Below, piece by piece: positions 48,248 through 58,247 of a stretch of 64,000 nucleotides of DNA; position 1 is the stretch's first letter; every line of letters starts with the position of its first letter. The stretch spans positions 146,832 to 210,831 of IMG/VR virus record IMGVR_UViG_3300044630_006293; one strand, given 5' to 3'. The notes beneath the pieces are model-generated. The model was not told the origin of the DNA. It was given only the letters and a program-made list of their open reading frames with translations, and ran no database searches. The position numbers and the translations under genes are program-made.

Positions 48248-49765
48248 ATGACTGCAATAGATTTTCCAAATTCACCCACTTTAGGAACAATACATACTGT
48301 TGATAATAAAAGATGGGAATATGATTCAGAAAAATGGATTTTACTTGCAGATTTTATAACTCCTAATGTTTCCGGCACAGTTTACAATGCAACCATAGGT
48401 GATGGAGTAAATACCTCGTATGTTGTCACTCATAATTTCAATAGTAGAGATGTAAGCATAACCGTTAGAGAAGCAGCTTCTCCATATGGTTTAATCTTAA
48501 CTTCCTGGGAAGCTACAACTGCTGATGCAGTAACAATTTTATTTGATTCCCCCCCTTCTGCTAGTTCAGTTAGAGTATCGGTTTATATAGCTGTAGCAGG
48601 CCTTGAACAAGGACCTACTGGACCTACGGGACCAACTGGGCCCACAGGATCAACTGGAACAGCTGCTACAATCACCGTTGGTACTGTCTCTGCTGGCACA
48701 GCAGCTGTAACTAACTCGGGCACATCATCAGCTGCAATCTTAGATTTTACATTACAAACAGGCCCAACAGGCCCTAGTGGCCCAACAGGCCCTAGTGGCC
48801 CAACAGGTTCCGAAGGGCCAACTGGTCCAAGTGGAATGGCTATTCAAGGAACAGCACCTGTTAGCACTAGCGTTATTTGGGCTGACACTTCAGTAACTGG
48901 TGTTGCAGTAGTTCCTACAGGCGGTACAACTGGTCAAATGTTGACTAAAAGTTCCGGTACTGATTATGACACTGCGTGGAGCACTCCAGTTACCTCTTCT
49001 GATTTATCCCTAAAAGCAAACCTTGATTCTCCTACTTTTACTGGCATAGTAACAATACCCGCAGGTGCTTCTATATCTGGTTTTGCTACTCTTGCTTCGC
49101 CAACTTTTACTGGAACAGTAACGATTCCAGCAGATTCTATAATCTCTTTGCCAAAAATTGACAATTTTAAATTAGGCTATACAACTACAGCAACGGCTGC
49201 TGGAACAACTACTCTTACTAATGCTAGTAATAACCAACAGCTATTTACAGGTACTACAACTCAAACTGTAGTAATGCCAGTTGCTAGCACAATGACCGTG
49301 GGCACTAGGTATATAATTGAAAATAACAGCACAGGAAATTTAACCGTCAACTCTTCTGGGGGCAACTTAATCGCTACTGTATTCCCTGGAATGAGCATTA
49401 GAGTTATTTCAATACTTGCTTCAGGAACAACTGCAGCTTCTTGGGATTCGGAGTATGCTGGCTTTAGTAGTATCACAGGCACGGGGTCAGTTGTAATGTC
49501 AGCTTCACCTACTTTGACTGGCACTCCACTTGTTGCGGCAAACTTTAGTCCATCGGCAACAAATACTTATGACCTTGGTACTACATCTTTGCGTTGGCGC
49601 AATATTTATACTCAAGACTTACATTTAAGTAATGGCATTGGTGATTATACAATAGTTGAAGGTGAAGAAAGTCTTTATATAGTAAATAATAAAACTAGTA
49701 AAAGTTTTAAGTTTGCTTTAATAGAGGTTGACAGTAGCGAAGTTCCAAAGTTATCTGAGACATAA
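48248..49765 (+). CDS. collagen-repeat tail fibre protein
   Basis: GPT/GPS triplet runs; [23 protein letters not shown]-terminus. Confidence 0.75.
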   Translation: MTAIDFPNSPTLGTIHTVDNKRWEYDSEKWILLADFITPNVSGTVYNATIGDGVNTSYVVTHNFNSRDVSITVREAASPYGLILTSWEATTADAVTILFDSPPSASSVRVSVYIAVAGLEQGPTGPTGPTGPTGSTGTAATITVGTVSAGTAAVTNSGTSSAAILDFTLQTGPTGPSGPTGPSGPTGSEGPTGPSGMAIQGTAPVSTSVIWADTSVTGVAVVPTGGTTGQMLTKSSGTDYDTAWSTPVTSSDLSLKANLDSPTFTGIVTIPAGASISGFATLASPTFTGTVTIPADSIISLPKIDNFKLGYTTTATAAGTTTLTNASNNQQLFTGTTTQTVVMPVASTMTVGTRYIIENNSTGNLTVNSSGGNLIATVFPGMSIRVISILASGTTAASWDSEYAGFSSITGTGSVVMSASPTLTGTPLVAANFSPSATNTYDLGTTSLRWRNIYTQDLHLSNGIGDYTIVEGEESLYIVNNKTSKSFKFALIEVDSSEVPKLSET

Positions 49766-51283
49766 ATGAAAATTGTAGTAATTGGTGGTGGCACTGCTGG
49801 TTGGTTAGCCGCTCTTATGATTAAGAAGGTTCAAGGCGATAGTCATTCTGTGACCGTAATTGAATCTAGCGACATTGGGATTATAGGTGCTGGAGAGGGA
49901 AGCACGGGTCAGCTTGTAGATATTATTCGTGGTATTTCTTGGGACTATGGTTGTAATGAGGCAGACTTCTTTATTGAGACTGGCGCTACAGTAAAATTGG
50001 GCATACTTCACAAGGATTGGAAAGAGCTTGGTCACGAATATATTGCTCCTTTAGACGCAACTGCTGTGTCTTCTGTTGGCACCGATTACATAATGATGCA
50101 TGCAATTATAAACGACTTACCAGTTCATACTGCTAGCACTAATGGATTTATGATTGAAAATAACTTATCATCTTTTTATTGGCAAGACGATAAAATTTTT
50201 AGCACCACATCACATGCTTATCATTTTGACGGTCACAAGGTAGGTAAATACTTTAAGAAGGTTTGTGGTGATGATGTTTCTATTATCGATGCAAAAGTTT
50301 TAGATATTAATTTAAACCAACTTGGCGAAATAGAATCATTAGTCCTTGACAATGGAATAAACATCGAGGCTGATTTTTTCATAGATGCTTCTGGTTTAAG
50401 TCGTTTAATCTCTAAAAAACTTGGGATTAAGTGGGAATCTTATAAAGATAATCTTCCAGTTAATACAGCAATACCTTTCTTACTTCCACAAGAAGAAGTA
50501 ATTAGACCAGTAACCACTGCATGGGCACAGAAAAATGGTTGGATGTGGATGATCCCAGTAAATGGAAGAAGAGGATGTGGTTATGTATTCGACTCCAACT
50601 TCATATCTCCGACTGAGGCTGTCGATGAAATAGAACAAACTCTAGGCATGGAGATTTGTCCTATCAAAACAATAAAGTTTGAGGCTGGTCGTCTTGAAAA
50701 ACTATGGCACAAAAACTGTTTATTTGTAGGTCTTGCGGGGGCCTTTGCTGAGCCATTAGAAGCAACAAGTATTCACTCAACAATTATTCAGTTAAATAAC
50801 TTTATTTTCCACTACTTAAAAGACTCAAAAGAAGAGACGGTTAACAGCGGTTCAGAAAGTCGATATAACAAAAAAATGCGTCTTATGTATGACGATTTTA
50901 AAGATTTTCTTTCTGTCCATTACGCATCAAAAAGAACAGATTCTGAATTCTGGAAGTGGGTCTCTAGTGGAGGAACGCTGTCTGAAGGGGCAAAAGAAGT
51001 ATTAGAGATTCAAAGATCCAAACTTCTTTCTACTGGTGACTTTAATCAATACTTTGGTTACGCAGGACCAGCTTTGTATAATTGGGTTCTTTACGGTCTT
51101 GGTTTTATAGACAAAAATACGGCAAAACGAGAACTTGACTTCTATAATCAATATGAACTTGGGCACACGGTGTGGAATATTAACAGCGATGCCATGAATG
51201 ACATGGCATCTAAAATGATAGATAATACTGTTTTTACAAAAAATGTAAAGGAATACGCTGATGGCAATCTATTTTCCAAATAA
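49766..51283 (+). CDS. flavin-dependent (tryptophan halogenase family) enzyme
   Basis: GGGTAGW, GAGEGS, ATVKLG lysine, GWMWMIP, FAEPLEATSIH. Confidence 0.9.
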   Translation: MKIVVIGGGTAGWLAALMIKKVQGDSHSVTVIESSDIGIIGAGEGSTGQLVDIIRGISWDYGCNEADFFIETGATVKLGILHKDWKELGHEYIAPLDATAVSSVGTDYIMMHAIINDLPVHTASTNGFMIENNLSSFYWQDDKIFSTTSHAYHFDGHKVGKYFKKVCGDDVSIIDAKVLDINLNQLGEIESLVLDNGINIEADFFIDASGLSRLISKKLGIKWESYKDNLPVNTAIPFLLPQEEVIRPVTTAWAQKNGWMWMIPVNGRRGCGYVFDSNFISPTEAVDEIEQTLGMEICPIKTIKFEAGRLEKLWHKNCLFVGLAGAFAEPLEATSIHSTIIQLNNFIFHYLKDSKEETVNSGSESRYNKKMRLMYDDFKDFLSVHYASKRTDSEFWKWVSSGGTLSEGAKEVLEIQRSKLLSTGDFNQYFGYAGPALYNWVLYGLGFIDKNTAKRELDFYNQYELGHTVWNINSDAMNDMASKMIDNTVFTKNVKEYADGNLFSK

Positions 51284-51740
51284 CACAATCACAGAAGTTG
51301 CTGCTGGAAAACTCTTGTTCCCTAAAAATATTGTTCAAGTAGTAGAATCAACCATTACGGCAACTCTATCTACAAATAACTGGGCTACACAAAACGAAAT
51401 AGGCACCGTTTCCATAACACCGACTTCTGCTACGAGTCAGATTTTGGTCTATGTAAATATTGGCTTTCGTGGAGACATCGCTCAGGGGAACTGGTCATTA
51501 GGGTATTTTTGGGTAAGAAATAACACGAGAAATGCCGAGCTAACAAGAAGTGGGTGGAATGGTACTTGGCGACATGTTATCTACGATTGGTCTAAAAATT
51601 TTTTAGATTCTCCAGCAAGTACTTCTACACAGACTTATAGTTTACGTTGTGGCAACTACCCAACGGGCAACCATACTTTCAATACAGGTACCGCTGGAGA
51701 CGGAATTTGTATTATTCGTGCTACGGAGTTTGCTGTCTAA
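51261..51740 (+). CDS. fibre-associated beta protein, paralog 1
   Basis: IVQVV..., DSPASTSTQTY. Confidence 0.6.
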   Translation: MAIYFPNNTITEVAAGKLLFPKNIVQVVESTITATLSTNNWATQNEIGTVSITPTSATSQILVYVNIGFRGDIAQGNWSLGYFWVRNNTRNAELTRSGWNGTWRHVIYDWSKNFLDSPASTSTQTYSLRCGNYPTGNHTFNTGTAGDGICIIRATEFAV

Positions 51741-52219
51741 TGGCTATTAACTTTTCAAACAATAAAACTCTTTCAGAAGTTAGCAATATGATTTCAGCTC
51801 CTGGGCGCATTGTTCAAACGGTTCATACTATTAGCAACACTGGAGTAGCGACATCAAGCACTTCTCCAATAACAATTTTTACAAGCAACCCAATCACAAT
51901 GACTAATGCATCAAATAAATTACTTATTGAGTTTCAATCAGATAACAGATCAAATGACTGGGGTGACGGAGTATGGAATCTTCATTATATGGACATAATT
52001 CACGTAGGGACAGGAACTCAACTTTCTTATTCTGGTTATAACGGAGAGCAAACATTTTGCATTCGCGGAATTCATAGAATTGCCGTTCATTCTCCCGGTT
52101 CAGTTGGCCCCCATACGTACACGATGCGTGGTTGGTCATACCAAGCAAGCTCTACTACTTTTGTTACTGGTTCAGATGGCTATGTTGCCTACATACGCAT
52201 ATCGGAGATTGCAGTCTAA
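51740..52219 (+). CDS. fibre-associated beta protein, paralog 2
   Basis: TAATG-coupled start MAINFS; PGRIVQ; RISEIAV. Confidence 0.6.
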   Translation: MAINFSNNKTLSEVSNMISAPGRIVQTVHTISNTGVATSSTSPITIFTSNPITMTNASNKLLIEFQSDNRSNDWGDGVWNLHYMDIIHVGTGTQLSYSGYNGEQTFCIRGIHRIAVHSPGSVGPHTYTMRGWSYQASSTTFVTGSDGYVAYIRISEIAV

Positions 52220-52686
52220 TGGCTATTAATTTTTCAGCAGGAACGGAAATATCAGCTACTGCAAGTGCTATCAATATTCCTGGAAGTGTTGTCCAATTTG
52301 TTGATAATACAACAACTGTAAGCGCAAGTTGTACTACTGCAGCATGGGTAGATATTCTTTCAACATCTATTACCACTAGTAAAGCTGGAAATAAAATAAT
52401 GGTTGAGTACATGTGCAACCACAGAACCGACCAGGGAAACGGTGCATGGTGTTTAGTGTACCATCGCATTCTTTGTAATGGCTCTACGGTCATGTCAAGC
52501 GGTCACATGGGTGCTGCCTCTAACCATATTGGTTTTTATGGCCGAACCTTTTTATACACTGCTGCCAGTGTAGGAACATATACTTTTGTTGCTTCTGTGT
52601 TGGCCCACCAAGGGACAGCAAACATAGGTACGGCAGCAACTGGCGCAACGAATCAATACCTTCGTCTTTACGAGATAGGAACATAA
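52219..52686 (+). CDS. fibre-associated beta protein, paralog 3
   Basis: TAATG-coupled start MAINFS; PGSVVQ; RLYEIG. Confidence 0.6.
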   Translation: MAINFSAGTEISATASAINIPGSVVQFVDNTTTVSASCTTAAWVDILSTSITTSKAGNKIMVEYMCNHRTDQGNGAWCLVYHRILCNGSTVMSSGHMGAASNHIGFYGRTFLYTAASVGTYTFVASVLAHQGTANIGTAATGATNQYLRLYEIGT

Positions 52687-52687
52687 A

Positions 52688-53083
52688 ATGATTGGAATGA
52701 GAAAAGAAATAACTATTTCTTCAGCATTGATGGCTTTGCTACCTAAAGCAATGTGGTCCATCAGAGATAATGATTACGAAAAACTTGAATGGTACAGCGA
52801 AGACATTGAAAAGCCGTCCAAAGAAGAACTTGAAGCAAAGGTTGAAGAACTTCGATTAGATGAACCTTATGCTGTTTTAAGAGAAATTAGAGATTGGTAT
52901 CTCAAAGAGAGTGACTGGACACAGTCAGCAGATGTTCGAGCTATCCGTGGCACCGAGTGGTGTTTCGCATGGGATGCCTATCGTCAAGAACTGCGTGATC
53001 TAACAGCAACTTGTACACCTTACTTTGAGGGAGATTCTCCAAGCATTATGGGTGTAACTTTTCCAGAAAAACCAGTATCATAG
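52688..53083 (+). CDS. tail fibre assembly chaperone-like protein
   Basis: LREIRD..L.ESDWTQ..D...W..YRQELRDL....FPEKP. Confidence 0.75.
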   Translation: MIGMRKEITISSALMALLPKAMWSIRDNDYEKLEWYSEDIEKPSKEELEAKVEELRLDEPYAVLREIRDWYLKESDWTQSADVRAIRGTEWCFAWDAYRQELRDLTATCTPYFEGDSPSIMGVTFPEKPVS

Positions 53084-53089
53084 AAACTA

Positions 53090-53371
53090 ATGTTTATAAA
53101 AAAAATCACTTCAGCATTAAAAATTATGTCGTCCACAAAATACTGGACAAAAGTAAACACCATTGAGGCATTGGGGTTTTCTACAAAGATTGCAATCATC
53201 TTTCCGGGTCTCTTATTTGAAAAGCAATGGTGGTGGCTTTATATTTTTGCCATTATCTCAAGTGTAAGCCTTATTTGGACTTCTACTAAAAAGACATTGC
53301 CAACTATTATTCTTTTTAACGTAGCCTGGATTGCGCTTGCTTCCCTAGCAATTCTTAAGCACTTATGGTAA
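53090..53371 (+). CDS. small multi-pass membrane protein
   Basis: About three hydrophobic helices. Confidence 0.65.
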   Translation: MFIKKITSALKIMSSTKYWTKVNTIEALGFSTKIAIIFPGLLFEKQWWWLYIFAIISSVSLIWTSTKKTLPTIILFNVAWIALASLAILKHLW

Positions 53372-53417
53372 AAAGTATGGTACTATACGGTTGTTGGTTT
53401 CATTAAAAGGAATTTAA

Positions 53418-54236
53418 ATGACAGTTTTAAAAAAATATAACATAAGCACATCACAGTGGGAACCAATTGTTGCGGGCGTTGCTGGTCCAGTAGGTCCAGC
53501 AGGTCCAACGGGCCCAGCAGGTCCAACGGGTCCCGCCGGAAGCATTGGTACAGTTACGTTAGACGATCTTAATGATACTGTAATAACAAGTCCCGCAACC
53601 GGTCAAGTTTTAAGGTACAACGGAACGAACTGGGTTAACTATAATAATACCATTACTCTTGGTGGAAACTTTACTACCTCAGGAGCATATACAACATCTT
53701 TGACTGTAACAGGCACAACGTCTATAACTCTTCCAACGACTGGTACTTTGGCAACGTTAGATGGATCTGAAACTTTAACTAATAAAACCTTTACAAGTCC
53801 AATAACTAATACTCCTACCCTGACACTCTCAACTACATCATCTACAACAGACGCTAGAATCTCTTGGGATTCCACTAATAAAAAATTACAAGTTGGCAAC
53901 GGAACGATATCACTAGATTTTGCTTCTTCTAATGTTATAACCAATGCGCAGACAGCAAGCTATACTCTTGTACTGGCAGATAAAGACAAGTTAGTAGAAG
54001 TAAGTAATGCCTCAGCCAATACCTTAACTGTACCCTTGAACTCTTCTGTAGCTTTTCCCGTAGGAACTCAGATTACAATATTGCAAACAGGATCTGGACA
54101 AACAACTATTACTGCAACTGTAGGTGTAACAGTAAATGCAACTCCTGGACTTAAGCTTAGAGCTCAATGGTCTTCTGTTACTTTAATTAAGAGAGCTACA
54201 GATACATGGGTAGCCCTAGGAGACCTTCAGGCTTAG
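53418..54236 (+). CDS. collagen-repeat tail protein
   Basis: GPVGPAGPTGPAGPTGPAG; SYTLVLADKDK...AFPVGTQI...WVALGDL. Confidence 0.75.
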   Translation: MTVLKKYNISTSQWEPIVAGVAGPVGPAGPTGPAGPTGPAGSIGTVTLDDLNDTVITSPATGQVLRYNGTNWVNYNNTITLGGNFTTSGAYTTSLTVTGTTSITLPTTGTLATLDGSETLTNKTFTSPITNTPTLTLSTTSSTTDARISWDSTNKKLQVGNGTISLDFASSNVITNAQTASYTLVLADKDKLVEVSNASANTLTVPLNSSVAFPVGTQITILQTGSGQTTITATVGVTVNATPGLKLRAQWSSVTLIKRATDTWVALGDLQA

Positions 54237-54775
54237 TCCTTTTTGATACACCAAAAAGTAGTAGAGCACCAACGATAACCACTAGTTATTTCTGTGACTC
54301 CATGAGGAAAATCATCATTAGCTGGAAAACAAACAAATAATCCAGGTTCTGGCTTTATTAAAAGATCTTGATTTGGAAAGTATATTTCTCCCCCATCAAA
54401 ATCGTCATTGTAGTAAAGGACGGAACTAATATCTCTTGATGGATGTCCAGCTCCTGTTTTAAAGCCAACCTTTTCATTTTGAGCCGATCCATGATCAAGA
54501 TGCACTGGCATTGAATCACCAGTCTTCATCTCTACTACACTAGATAATCCCTCATCATAAACGCTACAATTAAAAGAAGTTTCTATAATATTTTTTATTT
54601 TACTATAGTAGACTTCAAGCAAGTTGGGCAACGTTTCACTTCCGTTTCCAGTATATACTCCATATGGAGAATATCCTGTTTCATCAAATATAACTGGGGT
54701 ATTTTTTAAGTATAATATAATTTTTTCTGAATCTTTTTTATCTAAAATATCTTTTATTATATAAATCTTGTCCAT
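54233..54775 (-). CDS. 2OG-Fe(II) oxygenase (prolyl hydroxylase-like)
   Basis: HLD, YYNDDFDGGEIYF, HGV....GYR. Confidence 0.85.
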   Translation of the reverse strand: MDKIYIIKDILDKKDSEKIILYLKNTPVIFDETGYSPYGVYTGNGSETLPNLLEVYYSKIKNIIETSFNCSVYDEGLSSVVEMKTGDSMPVHLDHGSAQNEKVGFKTGAGHPSRDISSVLYYNDDFDGGEIYFPNQDLLIKPEPGLFVCFPANDDFPHGVTEITSGYRWCSTTFWCIKKD

Positions 54776-54781
54776 TTTATT

Positions 54782-55561
54782 TTAATTTTCAGTATCATCT
54801 GTTTGATTAACGAAAATCCAGTATCTAGAAAAAATTCTTTGACTAGGAGTAAAACCCCCTTTTACAGCATGAATCATACAGCTTAAATCTACAATTAATA
54901 AATCACCATTAGACCATTCCCACCAATTTTGAATATTTACATTATCGTTTACTTGCCTTACATACCAGGCAACAATTTCATTAAATAATTTGATTTCTTT
55001 TTTTGATGGACTATCTTTATTTACAGAATAAAGAAAATCTTCATTATTTGGAGAAAGTCTAAGAATTTTTTCATCTTTAATTCTATGATTTTGTATACAT
55101 TTTCTTGGTAAAAAATATCCACCTTTACCCATTACATCACACGAGTCCAGGAATAATCTCCATTCAACAGGCATTTTGTTATACATATCAATTGCACTTA
55201 CAAAACCTGTGTTTCCTACCCCTGTTTCACATTTAAAAGACAACATATTCCAAGAAGCTGCTACCTGAGGGTTTTCTTTTTGAACATGCTCTAGATGCCA
55301 CGGAATAAAAAGTTCATTTTTAGACATTAATTTAATATTTTTATTAAAAGTAAAAGAATGATCTTCGTTGTCTTGTGAGGAAACATAATTGCAATTTAAT
55401 TTTTTAGCAAATAATTCAGTAATTTTTTTCTGCTCAAAAATATCAAAATGACTTTTCCTAAAACATATTAAACCATATTTTAAAAATAAACTAAAATACT
55501 TATCAATATTTTTTTCAATATCATCAAAAGATAAATTATCCATATAAGCCTCTTTAATCAT
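54782..55561 (-). CDS. TauD/TfdA-family dioxygenase
   Basis: WHLE, GNTGF, W..GDLLIVD...IH...R. Confidence 0.75.
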   Translation of the reverse strand: MIKEAYMDNLSFDDIEKNIDKYFSLFLKYGLICFRKSHFDIFEQKKITELFAKKLNCNYVSSQDNEDHSFTFNKNIKLMSKNELFIPWHLEHVQKENPQVAASWNMLSFKCETGVGNTGFVSAIDMYNKMPVEWRLFLDSCDVMGKGGYFLPRKCIQNHRIKDEKILRLSPNNEDFLYSVNKDSPSKKEIKLFNEIVAWYVRQVNDNVNIQNWWEWSNGDLLIVDLSCMIHAVKGGFTPSQRIFSRYWIFVNQTDDTEN

Positions 55562-56182
55562 TTATAAAACCTTAGTTATTGTATAAAAAGATGGTGTAGT
55601 GTATCTTTCTCCGGAAATAATACACTTTACACCGTGGAGATAATCAATGTCCCCAGGGTGAGCGACCGCTAAGCCTGCTTCTGGTTTTATCATTAAATCA
55701 TAATCTGGATAGTACAACTCCCCACCTTCAAAATCATCATTATAATAAATTAAAGAATTTATATCGTACGTAGGAAAAGGATTAGGTCTTCCGTCGTTCA
55801 TCTGCTTATCAGCATGAGGTCTCTGTTCCATGCCAGGACGCCATTTTATTATCACCGGTGGCCTTGTCGAAAGTTCTACTTTAAAAGAATCTTCTAAACA
55901 TTTTTTCATTTTTTGAATATATTTTTCTATAATATTATAGATGTCAATATTAATTCTATTAAGTATGTCCCAGCTACATTGTCTATCGGACCAATAGGAA
56001 GCATCGTATGTGCAAGTTCCATCTTCGGCATATTGGCTTTCTCCTGCATCCATCCATTCAGAAATTGTAGGTAAAAACTTTTGTATAATTTTAAGATCTT
56101 CTAACTCAACAAAATTTTTATATATTTTAATGTTGTTAATTTTTTTGCCAAAGTGCCCTGGTTTTATTAGAGATTCATCCAT
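55562..56182 (-). CDS. 2OG-Fe(II) oxygenase
   Basis: HAD, YYNDDFEGGELYY, HGV....GERY. Confidence 0.85.
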   Translation of the reverse strand: MDESLIKPGHFGKKINNIKIYKNFVELEDLKIIQKFLPTISEWMDAGESQYAEDGTCTYDASYWSDRQCSWDILNRINIDIYNIIEKYIQKMKKCLEDSFKVELSTRPPVIIKWRPGMEQRPHADKQMNDGRPNPFPTYDINSLIYYNDDFEGGELYYPDYDLMIKPEAGLAVAHPGDIDYLHGVKCIISGERYTTPSFYTITKVL

Positions 56183-56268
56183 TTTGCTGCTCCAATGTAG
56201 CTTGATTTGTCATGTGCTATATGATATATTATACCATAACCAAAAGTTCGATTAGTCTTAAGGAAAAA

Positions 56269-56952
56269 ATGGAAATTTATAATGTAGAAGATCCAAAATT
56301 TGGAATAATTTTGTATAGAGACGTAATGTCAGAAGACCTTAATCTTATTAACCGATTAGAGGAAGCTCTAAAAGATAGTGATCATGAATATTTTAAATGG
56401 AATACTGCTACGGTTGGATACAATACCCCCATGCCTGACTATAGGGATTGTGTTGATCTAAAAGTTGGTCCAGCCCATTGGCCTCATCTTCCTGAGAATT
56501 TAAAGGAAATTAAAAATATTTATGATGATACAGACGCAATATTAAAAAAGTGTCTAGCAGATTATGAAGCTAGATATAATTTTAAAATGGAATTTATGGA
56601 ATCTATCAACTTTGTAAAATATGAAGTTGGACAACATTTCTCAGTTCATACTGATCACGGTTTTTCATATACATGCACCCTTTCTTCTCTCGTGTATCTA
56701 AATGATGACTATGAAGGGGGAGAACTTTGGTTTCCTTATATTAACTTAAAATTTAAACCCAAAAAAGGAGATGTACTCTTTTTTCCATCAACTTACATAT
56801 TTGCCCACGGAGCGATGCCGGTAACTGAAGGTGTTAAGTATTCTGCTGTTACCATGTTTGACTATAAAGATAACAATAAAGAATATCATCAAACAATAAA
56901 TACTAGTGATGGAACTAAGGAAGAATCTGGAGTTACCCTTAAAAAACTTTAA
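56269..56952 (+). CDS. 2OG-Fe(II) oxygenase
   Basis: HTD, YLNDDYEGGELWF, HGA.PV..GVKY; start after AAGGA RBS. Confidence 0.85.
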   Translation: MEIYNVEDPKFGIILYRDVMSEDLNLINRLEEALKDSDHEYFKWNTATVGYNTPMPDYRDCVDLKVGPAHWPHLPENLKEIKNIYDDTDAILKKCLADYEARYNFKMEFMESINFVKYEVGQHFSVHTDHGFSYTCTLSSLVYLNDDYEGGELWFPYINLKFKPKKGDVLFFPSTYIFAHGAMPVTEGVKYSAVTMFDYKDNNKEYHQTINTSDGTKEESGVTLKKL

Positions 56953-56953
56953 G

Positions 56954-57661
56954 ATGACTAAAATAACGTTAACTAAAACTCATCAAAATCCACCAAAAGT
57001 TAGTCAGTCTAGATTAAAAAGAGATTGGATGGACGAAACGTATAACAAACATGCCTACCGTTGTTTGCCCATGTCAGCTGCCAATGTTAATGGTTGGGAA
57101 TTAATTCTTCAACAAGATGTAGTTATTCAATGGGATGGTGGCAATACTGTTCCTAGAGTTTTAGAGGGCGAGTTCTTAGATGGAAGACCAATTGTAATAC
57201 CATCTATAATAGGGATTATTTCTTTTGCTACAGGATGGGCAATTAATACAGAAGAAGAATATGATACTTGGGTAACCGGATCTCCTAATTATTTTGTTGA
57301 TGGAGCAGCACCTTTGTCCGCTACAATACCTAGCTCCTGGTGGCCTGATGAATTCAATATGAACTGGAAAATTACAAAAATTGGAGAACCGGTCAGATTT
57401 GAAGCAGGTATGCCATTTATGTTCTTCAATATATATAAAAATAATCTTTTAAATAATGTTGAATTTTTAGTTGAAAATTTATGGGACAAACCAGAGCTAA
57501 TGGCTAAAAGACAGTCATACGGTGACGCAAAGATGAAAAAACTTCACGAACAGCCATGGACCTGGATGAACGGAATAAGAACCGGTTTAGATGAAAATGG
57601 CAATTCCATAGGTCCAAAAAATGATGGCTTATTAAAGCTTCAGGAACCAAATTGCAATTAA
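56954..57661 (+). CDS. DUF6065-like protein
   Basis: RDWMDET..HAYRCLPMSAAN..GW. Confidence 0.65.
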   Translation: MTKITLTKTHQNPPKVSQSRLKRDWMDETYNKHAYRCLPMSAANVNGWELILQQDVVIQWDGGNTVPRVLEGEFLDGRPIVIPSIIGIISFATGWAINTEEEYDTWVTGSPNYFVDGAAPLSATIPSSWWPDEFNMNWKITKIGEPVRFEAGMPFMFFNIYKNNLLNNVEFLVENLWDKPELMAKRQSYGDAKMKKLHEQPWTWMNGIRTGLDENGNSIGPKNDGLLKLQEPNCN

Positions 57662-57732
57662 TTAAGAACTATAATACATTACTATTATGTAACAATACAA
57701 AAGTTTCAATTGCAAAGTAAAGGTAGTTTTGT

Positions 57733-57990
57733 ATGAATTTTTTGACTGTTTCAAAAGAGCAAAAATTAGAAATTTATAATAAAAGAATAAATAATGTAGA
57801 ACAAGAAATATTTGCTAAAGTATTGGAATTAGGAATTGATGCTGATTTTTTTGATTTTAATGAATTTATAAATTCCTTTGATTCAATAGAAAAATGGGTT
57901 GATAACTACTCTGTGTATAAAAATCTTAACGATATTTGTATTTCTTATTTATCTATAAAAGATAAAATTAATCTACTAGAAAAAGAATAA
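57733..57990 (+). CDS. hypothetical protein
   Basis: 85 aa; LGID motif shared with the next gene. Confidence 0.6.
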   Translation: MNFLTVSKEQKLEIYNKRINNVEQEIFAKVLELGIDADFFDFNEFINSFDSIEKWVDNYSVYKNLNDICISYLSIKDKINLLEKE

Positions 57991-57991
57991 G

Positions 57992-58240
57992 ATGGAATTT
58001 AAACTTTCTTCAAAAGAAAAATTATCTGTTTATAAACAGACAAGAAAATCTTTTGAAATGGACTTAATTCAAAGACTATGCGCAGTAGGAATTGACCCAG
58101 AAGATTTTAATGCAAAAGAATTTATTCCAGACGAAGATAAAATGTCACACTTTTATATTAAAGAATTGATTTTAAAAATTGAAAAAGTAGAAGAAAAAAT
58201 ATTACAATTTGAAAAAATTGCAAGCTTAGAGGAAGAGTAA
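57992..58240 (+). CDS. hypothetical protein, paralog of previous
   Basis: LS.KEKL..Y....VGIDPEDF. Confidence 0.6.
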   Translation: MEFKLSSKEKLSVYKQTRKSFEMDLIQRLCAVGIDPEDFNAKEFIPDEDKMSHFYIKELILKIEKVEEKILQFEKIASLEEE

Positions 58241-58247
58241 ATTTTAA

